Shown here piece by piece: positions 38,479-45,788 of a stretch of 45,788 bases of DNA. Positions within the stretch are counted from its first letter, which is position 1. Each line of letters opens with the position of its first letter. A program made the translations under genes and the position numbers. Source of the DNA: an uncultured Candidatus Saccharibacteria bacterium (GTDB taxonomy: Bacteria; Patescibacteriota; Dojkabacteria; B142; OLB20); contig CAYWVD010000002.1 in the NCBI GenBank assembly GCA_964461915.1, positions 1 to 45,788 of the forward strand, given 5' to 3'. Under the pieces are notes generated by a model. It saw only the letters and a list, made by a program, of their open reading frames with translations. It had not been told where the DNA came from and did no database searches.

Positions 38479-39690
38479 ATGAAGAAAACCCTTATAACTT
38501 TAATACTACTCATATCTTCCATAATTGGTTTTCTACCTAATGATTCTTTAAAGGCCCTAGAAATTCTTCCTAAAAAAGACTTCTCAATTGACACAACCCT
38601 TGTTTCTCAGATCGAAAATTTCAACTTGCCCGATTCAATTATTATTAGTCCCATAGCAATACCAGCCGATATGATCATTCAAGAAACCGATCTCTATTCA
38701 GGCATTTTTTATTACGAAACTATTAGGCTAAATCAAAAGGATTTTTTAAGCCACTATTTTGTAACGACCGAAGGACAAGTCTTGGAAGGCAATTCATTGG
38801 GGGCTGATCAAAGGATTAAACTTTACCAAAATGATAGTAAGCCTATAATAATTAATTTCTTTATTGCTGAAGGAGCAAATGACTTTACAATAAACCAGAA
38901 ACAAACACTAAAAGACCTGATTTTAAAACTTGCAAATGAACAATCAATTCCGCTTGACAGTATCTTTATTAAAGAAATTCGTTTGCTAGTTAAACCAAAT
39001 GAGCCAGTACTTTTAAAGCTTGATGATCTTCAAGGATCCTGGCAAATAGCTTTAAAAGAAATTGTAATCGAAATTACTCCTCAATATAAACCAACACCTA
39101 GATCATATTCCTTTGCAGTTGAAAAAATTACAGTCCCAACAAAAACTATAGTTTTTCCTGAAACTTTTGAAATACAAGTAGTAATAAAAAACACATCTTC
39201 AAATGTTCTTTTCCAAGACACAATCTACGAACCAATCATGTCAAAGCTAGACAATGTTCCTAGTAAATTCTTTTTAAATGAAGTCTGGCTAAGCCAAACA
39301 CAATCTCCAATAATGGATGAAAATTCAAGTATAAAACCAAATGAGAGCAAGACATTTACTGTTAAACTCAAAGCCCCACTTTATTTTGGTGAGATCAAAG
39401 AAAGTTACCAATTAATTAGTGGACTAGGCCGTGCCTATACTGGCACAAATTTCGAACTATCAGTGAATGTTGAAAGACCTGCTGGAAAAGACATCGTAGA
39501 AATTACGAAAACAGAAACAGGACAATTGAACTATAGGGATAATCCTTTTTCTTCATCAAATGTAATAGGCAGAGTTACTCCAGGACAACGATTTATTGTC
39601 CTAGAAAGAACAGATTCGGGATATATTAAATTGGATTTAGGTAATGGAAAAACAGGTTGGGTCGTAAGTAAATATACAAAAACAATATAA
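38479..39690 (+). CDS. secreted protein with a degenerate amidase_2/PGRP-like domain, NBR1-like Ig domain and C-terminal SH3b
   Basis: Signal peptide; SHYFVTTEGQVLEG; V.IKNTS...P.ES.TF...LKAP; LNYRDNP.....IG....G....V......Y.KL....GWV...Y. Confidence 0.65.
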   Translation: MKKTLITLILLISSIIGFLPNDSLKALEILPKKDFSIDTTLVSQIENFNLPDSIIISPIAIPADMIIQETDLYSGIFYYETIRLNQKDFLSHYFVTTEGQVLEGNSLGADQRIKLYQNDSKPIIINFFIAEGANDFTINQKQTLKDLILKLANEQSIPLDSIFIKEIRLLVKPNEPVLLKLDDLQGSWQIALKEIVIEITPQYKPTPRSYSFAVEKITVPTKTIVFPETFEIQVVIKNTSSNVLFQDTIYEPIMSKLDNVPSKFFLNEVWLSQTQSPIMDENSSIKPNESKTFTVKLKAPLYFGEIKESYQLISGLGRAYTGTNFELSVNVERPAGKDIVEITKTETGQLNYRDNPFSSSNVIGRVTPGQRFIVLERTDSGYIKLDLGNGKTGWVVSKYTKTI

Positions 39691-39706
39691 TTAAGAAATA
39701 ATTAAA

Positions 39707-39736
39707 TTGACAGTAGTAACATATTTTTGGTATTTT
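39707..39736 (+). promoter_or_regulatory. probable recA promoter
   Basis: TTGACA-N18-TATTTT with TG at the extended -10 position. Confidence 0.5.
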
Positions 39737-39802
39737 GAGTAAATAAATATATCAATATTTCCAACTAAAATTACCAGCTGTTTTATTTATTATTGCCAAA
39801 TT

Positions 39803-40843
39803 ATGGCCACAAAAAACGAGACTTCAAATACTGCCAAAACAAAAGAAGCTTCAGAAGAAGCAAAACAAAAAGCCCAGAGCTTAGCTATGGCTATGCAACA
39901 AATTGAAAAACAATTTGGAAAGGGTTCAATAATGAAATTAGGAGATAAAATTGACACTGTTGCCGAAAGCATCCCAACAGGAGCAATTTCTCTAGATATT
40001 GCTTTAGGTATAGGTGGTATACCAAAAGGTAGAATTGTAGAAATCTATGGTCCCGAATCTTCCGGAAAAACAACTTTAGCAATGCACATTATCGCCGAAT
40101 CACAAGCACGAGGAGGTACTTGTGCCTTTATTGATGCAGAACATGCATTCGATCCTACTTATGCCAAAAACATCGGTATTAAAACTGAAGAACTTATAGT
40201 TTCTCAACCCGATTATGGTGAACAAGCACTAGAGATTCTAGAAACTTTAGTCCGATCAGGCGCTGTTGCTGTAGTAGTTGTTGATTCTGTTGCGGCTCTT
40301 ACTCCAAAGGCCGAAATCGAAGGAGACATGGGTGATGCGCACATGGGCCTTCAAGCGAGACTAATGAGTCAAGCACTTCGAAAAATCACGGCAATTTCAG
40401 CGAAGATGGGAACTACCGTCATTTTCTTAAATCAGCTTAGGATGAAGATTGGTGTGATGTTTGGCAACCCGGAGACAACAACCGGTGGAAATGCACTTAA
40501 ATTTTATGCTTCAGTAAGATTAGATATCCGAAAAAAGGATAAAATTGGTACACTAGACGCCATACAAGGACATAGCGTTAAAGTGAAAGTTGTAAAGAAT
40601 AAAATGGCTCCTCCATTTAAAGAGGCAATGTTCGATATCATTTACCCTAACGGCATTGATAAAGTAAGCTCTTTAATTGATGCAGCTGTAACATTTAATG
40701 TCATTCAGAAAGCTGGGGCATGGTTTAGAAAAGGAGATATTCAATTGGCTCAAGGTAAAGATGCTTTAAAAGAAGTTCTAAGGGGTGATGACAAATTAAG
40801 AAAAGAAGTTTACCTTGAAGTAAGAAAAGCAGCAAATATTTAA
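39803..40843 (+). CDS. recA: recombinase RecA
   Basis: [62 protein letters not shown]. Confidence 0.99.
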   Translation: MATKNETSNTAKTKEASEEAKQKAQSLAMAMQQIEKQFGKGSIMKLGDKIDTVAESIPTGAISLDIALGIGGIPKGRIVEIYGPESSGKTTLAMHIIAESQARGGTCAFIDAEHAFDPTYAKNIGIKTEELIVSQPDYGEQALEILETLVRSGAVAVVVVDSVAALTPKAEIEGDMGDAHMGLQARLMSQALRKITAISAKMGTTVIFLNQLRMKIGVMFGNPETTTGGNALKFYASVRLDIRKKDKIGTLDAIQGHSVKVKVVKNKMAPPFKEAMFDIIYPNGIDKVSSLIDAAVTFNVIQKAGAWFRKGDIQLAQGKDALKEVLRGDDKLRKEVYLEVRKAANI

Positions 40844-40871
40844 TTTGTAATTGTTTTTATTAATTTAAAAA

Positions 40872-41471
40872 ATGGCCTCCGTAAATCTGACAAAAAACCT
40901 TGATCATCTTTTCATTTCGAAAGTAAGGATCAAAGTTATAAAATATTTTATTTTTAGTCCCGACATACCAATCCATTTAAGAGGATTGGTTAGAGAAATT
41001 CAAGAAGAGATCAATGCTGTTAGGCGAGAATTAACTAGACTTTGCGACATTGATTTTATTCGAACCGAAGTCCGGGGGAATAGAAGATATTTTGTCTTAA
41101 ACCGTGAATATGTTTTTATTAACGAATTACTAAGTATATTCCACAAATCCTTCGGTTTAGGAGGCCTAATTCTTAAAAATTTAAACAATTTAGGTGAAAT
41201 TGATTACGCATTGTTAACCGGTAGTATCATAAACTTTTTACCCCCAAACCCTAATTTAATTGATCTTGTATTAATAGGACAAATCGATGTCGCAGCACTG
41301 TCTGAATTAATAACAGAGTCTGAAAAGCGCTTAGGTCGTGAAATTAACTATACAATCATGAAACCGAGTGAATTTATTTTAAAGAAAAAGAGAAGAGATA
41401 GTTTTATCATGAACCTTTTAACTGCAAATAAAATAATGTTGAAGGGTGATATTACCGAATTTGCATCCTAA
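40872..41471 (+). CDS. HTH plus degenerate minimal nucleotidyltransferase (MNT) domain regulator
   Basis: LF.SK.R.K....F...P....HLR.L.R......AVRREL.RL, then LLTGS.......IDLVLIG and E..LGREINY. Confidence 0.75.
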   Translation: MASVNLTKNLDHLFISKVRIKVIKYFIFSPDIPIHLRGLVREIQEEINAVRRELTRLCDIDFIRTEVRGNRRYFVLNREYVFINELLSIFHKSFGLGGLILKNLNNLGEIDYALLTGSIINFLPPNPNLIDLVLIGQIDVAALSELITESEKRLGREINYTIMKPSEFILKKKRRDSFIMNLLTANKIMLKGDITEFAS

Positions 41472-41479
41472 AATAATAT

Positions 41480-42310
41480 ATGCCAAATTACAACACGCCC
41501 CAAAACGATTCAATAATGATTAAAGATCGTTATTTAACTTGGCTAAAACAATCAAAATATGATTTAGCTGCAGCTTTTTTGAGTCTTGAGAATGAATATT
41601 TTGAATGGGCAGTTTACCAAGCAGAACAGGCTGTAGAGAAAGCACTAAAAGCTGTTATCGTTCACGCTGGTCAAAGACCGCCAAAAATTCACAAACTTAG
41701 TATACTCTTTGGATTTTGTAATCAAATTAATTCCGAGTTTAAAAATACAAAGTTTAATTTTAAACATGTTGAGGCTTTTACCTTTATTTCCCGCTATCCA
41801 TTTTTAATTCCCGATGGAAACAAAACTCCACATGAACTTATTACTGAAAAAGATGCAGGTAAATCATTAAGCGAGGCATCCGAAATTCTACTTTCCATAA
41901 CAAGGATATTAAAAGTCCCAAGAGTTAAACCCGAAGAGATTTCTGAAATAGTATTTAAAACTAAATTCTACACTTTCGAAGAAATCAAAAAAAGGATCGA
42001 AAAGATCAAAGAACAACTAACAAAAGAATTTGAACCAATTCAAATCATTTTGTTTGGTAGATATGCTCGTGATTACGGAAAGCCAACCCCTGGGACCATG
42101 GACTTATTAATTATTACCGAATGTAAAGAATGTTCTTTTATCGAAAGAATATATCGCGCTCGTGAAGCAACTAAAGGCACCGAACCAATTATTGAACCAT
42201 TAGTCTATACTCCAGAGGAGATCCGTCTTCTTCAAGATAAGGATGAAGCTTTTCTAAAAAGTGCCTTCCAAGAAGGTAGAATCATTTACTCCAAGAACCA
42301 AACCTCATAA
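41480..42310 (+). CDS. HEPN-MNT fusion protein (HEPN N-terminal)
   Basis: WL..S..DL.AA.......WA.Y.A.QA.EKALKA, KIHKL, SRYP; then IILFGRYAR...MDLLII and IEPLVYTPEE. Confidence 0.8.
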   Translation: MPNYNTPQNDSIMIKDRYLTWLKQSKYDLAAAFLSLENEYFEWAVYQAEQAVEKALKAVIVHAGQRPPKIHKLSILFGFCNQINSEFKNTKFNFKHVEAFTFISRYPFLIPDGNKTPHELITEKDAGKSLSEASEILLSITRILKVPRVKPEEISEIVFKTKFYTFEEIKKRIEKIKEQLTKEFEPIQIILFGRYARDYGKPTPGTMDLLIITECKECSFIERIYRAREATKGTEPIIEPLVYTPEEIRLLQDKDEAFLKSAFQEGRIIYSKNQTS

Positions 42311-42409
42311 ATTTTTCGACTTTTTCTTCCTTTTTTTAACAAAAATCCCTTTACTTTGTCCAAATTCTTTCATAGATTCCCTTCTACTGATTAAAGGAAT
42401 TTTTAAAAA

Positions 42410-43564
42410 ATGACTTTTGAAGAAAATAACGGAGCTAAGATACTGACCCCTCAAGATGGGCAAACTGTCCGAATAATTTCAGATTTTCATGCCGGTATAA
42501 AACCCTTTGCTGAAGCTACTCAGATTGCTTTAGGACAATTAAATAATTCCGGACAAATTATTCCAGAAGGCTTCCCCGGCAATTTACAGCAAATGATTCC
42601 ATATATACAATCTTGGATTCCGCCAAATAGAGTAGGTACAGAAAATTTTGTCGACCATGTTATAGAAGCAGGCGATGGAATTTCTGGATATCCTCCCGCA
42701 AGAAAAGAGGAATCTCGTTTAGATCAAGGTTTTCGAAATCTACTGGAAATTATGCGTATTAGTGGCATTAATGGTAAAGATAGGACATTCATGCCCGGTA
42801 ATCACACACCTTTTAATATAATGCCTAGCGAATTGGTGAGCTATCTTGATAATAGTGGCATGGCAGCGGAAAAAGTAAAGATACAATTGGGTAATGGATC
42901 AATTGCATCGGTTAGACATGGGCACGAATTTGATCCTCGCGATAGTGGAGACAGATCTGGATTCAACAACCCTGTATATACATGGCTTGATGGAATATGG
43001 CAAATGGCAAGACGAGTTATGAATTTAAATCGTCTCCCCTATAACGATCCTATTGTAAATGCACTCACAACCGTTATGAACGCTCACCATATTGCTCGGG
43101 CAACAACAGGTCTTAAAAGTGGAGACATGGCCTTTGACGGACATACACATTTTGCCACTCTAATATATGACATTTGTCAATCATCTGAATTAATTGATCC
43201 CAAAAATGTCTTATCTACTGAAAATATCTTAGGATTAATTCGGGGACATCCAATGGCACAGGTTATTTTCCTAGCATTAAGAAAGTTACTTCCAAAAGTT
43301 TCCGGAGCTGGTCTGATTGTACCAAATGAAATTGGGCGAAGATATTATGGGAATACAGGGTATAGAGATGCTAATGGGATCCAAACCGCGATAGATCTTC
43401 AAATCGGTCAGCAAGTTAAATTAATTACTATGGACATAAACCAAATGCTCGGGAATCAAATTTGGCGAGTTGATGATCAAGCGATTGAGATGCAATATCA
43501 AATCTCACTAAACCAAGACGAAACCCTTCAAAAAGCAATGGATCCGGGCCTTATTGAAGTATGA
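42410..43564 (+). CDS. calcineurin-like metallophosphoesterase (LpxH-like motif set)
   Basis: ISDFH, AGD, PGNH, RHGH and GHTH in canonical order. Confidence 0.8.
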   Translation: MTFEENNGAKILTPQDGQTVRIISDFHAGIKPFAEATQIALGQLNNSGQIIPEGFPGNLQQMIPYIQSWIPPNRVGTENFVDHVIEAGDGISGYPPARKEESRLDQGFRNLLEIMRISGINGKDRTFMPGNHTPFNIMPSELVSYLDNSGMAAEKVKIQLGNGSIASVRHGHEFDPRDSGDRSGFNNPVYTWLDGIWQMARRVMNLNRLPYNDPIVNALTTVMNAHHIARATTGLKSGDMAFDGHTHFATLIYDICQSSELIDPKNVLSTENILGLIRGHPMAQVIFLALRKLLPKVSGAGLIVPNEIGRRYYGNTGYRDANGIQTAIDLQIGQQVKLITMDINQMLGNQIWRVDDQAIEMQYQISLNQDETLQKAMDPGLIEV

Positions 43565-44312
43565 TCCTTTTTACAATTGTTTTAAATTCAGAAATTTTCA
43601 AAGATTTTTTGCCTATCAAAAATCCATTAACAATATTTCTATCTTTGAACCTTGTAATGTCCGAATTATCTAAGGAACCTCCAGTATATATATCAATCTT
43701 TAATCTTGGATACCTCTTTTTTAAATATTCATCAATAAAAGAAATTTTCTCGATAGTAAGATCCAGATCGTCTTCTTTATCAGTAGCAGATTTCAATGAA
43801 GAAATGTTTTTTACACTTTCGTAAGCAATTGATAGCCTGCCATCAGCTTCTTCTTCCGAAATTGTGGACAGGCACTTGTCTAATTGCGTTTTAATTTGCG
43901 CTATTGAGTCAGTAAAATTCAAATCCCTTGTTACCTCACCTATCCCAAGTATTACTTTTAATTTTGCATCTAATGCATTTTCAACTTTTAATGAAACAAT
44001 TTCATCTGTTTCGCTCATCAACTTGCGTCTTTCGATATGGCCCAAAAAGACTCCGTCCACTCCTAATTTCGCCAGTTGTTTGGCGCTAATTTCACCGGTA
44101 AATCCACCATCTTCGGCAAACCTTGAACAGTCCTGCGCAAAAACTTTTATTTTTGTCCCTTTGAATTTAATCTTCAGGTCTTCAAGCACAAGATCAGATG
44201 CTAGAACTACAAGTTCATAATTCGAAGGCAACTGTAATTCTAGATAATTATTAGCAAGTTCCAAGGACTTTCTAAAGTCCAGGTTCATTTTCCAATTAGC
44301 TACGATTTTCAT
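43551..44312 (-). CDS. tpiA: triosephosphate isomerase-family protein with degenerate phosphate-binding loops
   Basis: ANWKMN, AQD, GFTGEIS, LGHIERR, IGE, AYE, GGSL; loops 6 and 8 are altered. Confidence 0.75.
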   Translation of the reverse strand: MKIVANWKMNLDFRKSLELANNYLELQLPSNYELVVLASDLVLEDLKIKFKGTKIKVFAQDCSRFAEDGGFTGEISAKQLAKLGVDGVFLGHIERRKLMSETDEIVSLKVENALDAKLKVILGIGEVTRDLNFTDSIAQIKTQLDKCLSTISEEEADGRLSIAYESVKNISSLKSATDKEDDLDLTIEKISFIDEYLKKRYPRLKIDIYTGGSLDNSDITRFKDRNIVNGFLIGKKSLKISEFKTIVKRIILQ

Positions 44313-44427
44313 AATTAAATATTCACTTTACTACATTGTAGTTTGAAATATTCGACTTGTCTATAAAAGATTTTTATAGCATAATAGATAAACAATTGCC
44401 CATTATCTAATTTTTTTATTTTTAAAA

Positions 44428-45207
44428 ATGTCCAAAACCGTCCAAAAAGATGAAGAGGTTTTAACCATAAACCTTGCCCCATATCTAACTCCAATTTCAA
44501 TTTTAATTTCTGGAGTAATGATTACCTTGGCAATATTAGCCTCAGGCCGATCAACAAGCGTAGTAAGTGGCAACACAAATGTCACCGTTACCCCAACAGC
44601 TGCTGCTGAAGATGTTAATCCTGCAGCTCAAACAACTATCGATGATGATCCTTATCTTGGGAACAAAGAAACAGCTAAGGTAGCAATCGTAGAATTCTCT
44701 GATTATGAATGTCCATTCTGCCAAAGGCATCATAAACAAACCTTCCCATCAATAATTAAAGATTTCGTTGATTCTGGTAAAGCAATATATGTTTTTAGAG
44801 ACTATATCGCTGTTCCCAGTCATAATCCTGCAGCAACAACCGAAGCATATGCAGCAAGTTGCTTACGAGAACAATTGAGTAGTAATGCAAAATACTTTGA
44901 ATATGCCGACCTTCTTTTTAAAAACTCAAAAGGCAATGGTGGTGGCCTTGATGGCACTGCTCTTTATGATTATGCAAAACAAGTTGGCGCAAATGCAGAC
45001 ACTTTAAAAACCTGTATTGAATCAGCTAAATTTGCCAATGAAATTGCAGCAGACGAAGCTGCAGCAGATGCAGCAGGCGTACAAGGCACTCCAGGATTTG
45101 TGGTAGGTGTTTTAGCAGCCGATGGTTCGGTTGATGGTAAAATCATTGCCGGAGCCTATCCATACGAAACATTCAAAGCAATGATCGAGGAGATGTTGGC
45201 TAGATAG
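44428..45207 (+). CDS. membrane-anchored DsbA-family thioredoxin-fold oxidoreductase
   Basis: N-terminal TM; SDYECPFC; GTPGF cis-Pro loop; GAYPY. Confidence 0.9.
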   Translation: MSKTVQKDEEVLTINLAPYLTPISILISGVMITLAILASGRSTSVVSGNTNVTVTPTAAAEDVNPAAQTTIDDDPYLGNKETAKVAIVEFSDYECPFCQRHHKQTFPSIIKDFVDSGKAIYVFRDYIAVPSHNPAATTEAYAASCLREQLSSNAKYFEYADLLFKNSKGNGGGLDGTALYDYAKQVGANADTLKTCIESAKFANEIAADEAAADAAGVQGTPGFVVGVLAADGSVDGKIIAGAYPYETFKAMIEEMLAR

Positions 45208-45236
45208 TTAAAAAGAACTAATTAGGAAAACTATTG

Positions 45237-45266
45237 AAAATCCCACCAAAGAAGGTGGGATTTTTT
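45237..45266. terminator. bidirectional intrinsic terminator
   Basis: AAAATCCCACC-aaagaa-GGTGGGATTTT(TT) between convergent genes. Confidence 0.85.
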
Positions 45267-45788
45267 ATGGTTCAGGAAATAATGCACCCGCAACTATGGT
45301 TTCAAGGGTGGTCCTAATAGGTACAGGAGAAGAATTTAAATCATGAAGAGTTAATTCATCCAATATATCTTGAAGTTTATACCCTATATCCCAATATCTG
45401 TCGGTAATTATTTCACCCATGATTGCCATGGCAGATTCATGATTTAGTGAATATTCGCCTTTAAAAGAATCGTTAAGAAATTCTTGAATTCTATTAACTT
45501 GGATATTTCTAAAAAAGAGAATTGCATTTTTAACCTGATTTATCGTTCTTTCTAGTGGCCTTATATCTTTTTTCTCTTCGGGTTCCCCCTCACCCACATT
45601 TTGATCTCTTTTGGCTAATTTAATAGCTGCCAATAATTCCCCCAATGTCCCCATCATTATCTTTGCTTTATAGAAGACATGATTGGAACCATTTCGATTA
45701 TTTTCTTCCTCTGTTGCTGTATATACTTGGATTTCAATAGGTACACCTCTTGGAATATTTTCTGGGATGTATTGTGCAGATATATGTA
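45265..45788 (-). CDS. 3' part of a RelA/SpoT-synthetase-like protein; gene starts beyond the right edge
   Basis: The frame of ORF 45265..45657 stays open to the window end and reads HISAQYIPENIPRGVPIEIQVYTATEEENNRNGSNHVFYKAK, matching H...(V/I)EIQIRT..M...AE.G...HW.YK. Confidence 0.55.
   Translation of the reverse strand, partial: HISAQYIPENIPRGVPIEIQVYTATEEENNRNGSNHVFYKAKIMMGTLGELLAAIKLAKRDQNVGEGEPEEKKDIRPLERTINQVKNAILFFRNIQVNRIQEFLNDSFKGEYSLNHESAMAIMGEIITDRYWDIGYKLQDILDELTLHDLNSSPVPIRTTLETIVAGALFPEP

Noticed and set aside
39700-39802. LexA/SOS box upstream of recA
   Set aside because: Only a weak AAC-ATAT-TTT half match, with no convincing palindrome.
221-44739. Short ORFs antisense to or nested in larger genes (e.g. 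221..433, 1387..1749, 8006..8299, 20536..20820, 32670..32948, 43864..44220)
   Set aside because: They overlap well-supported genes and carry no recognisable motifs.
1-45788. Genome-wide TGA=Gly recoding (code 25), suggested by the TGA at 22661
   Set aside because: Long ORFs such as recA, pilB and the kinase contain no internal TGA, and TGA ends pilC in a typical ATGA overlap at 29363-29366.

Overview
AT-rich, gene-dense bacterial window, standard code 11. No rRNA, tRNA, CRISPR array, integrase or transposase was seen. Gene content suggests a CPR/Patescibacteria genome, possibly Dojkabacteria- or Microgenomates-like (inference): type IV pilus locus with LVIVD-fused pilin, dockerin-tailed surface proteins, HTH-nucleotidyltransferase regulator, DsbA. 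Layout from left to right: (1) a ~14 kb minus-strand run (14328->218) of an acyltransferase/deacetylase fusion, C39-like peptidase, ArnT-like glycosyltransferase, two tandem M64-like metallopeptidase-dockerin paralogs, an Erm-like methylase and rlmN; (2) a divergent degenerate-ATPase/wHTH regulator with phased repeats over its promoter; (3) a ~1.8 kaa NHL/GLUG surface protein; (4) a pilB-pilC-minor pilin operon bracketed by a response regulator and a PAS histidine kinase; (5) a minimal 382-aa [FeFe]-hydrogenase facing an ECF-S-component-like gene; (6) holA, recA, HTH-MNT, HEPN-MNT, a metallophosphoesterase, a degenerate TIM, DsbA and a partial RelA/SpoT-like gene. Main signals: four reading-frame lesions (C7 run, A6 run, (AT)5 microsatellite, in-frame TGA) fall in three envelope genes while the housekeeping genes are intact, which fits phase variation, decay or assembly error. 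The ferredoxin-less hydrogenase has no maturases in the window. All functional calls come from motif recognition by eye, with no database searches.
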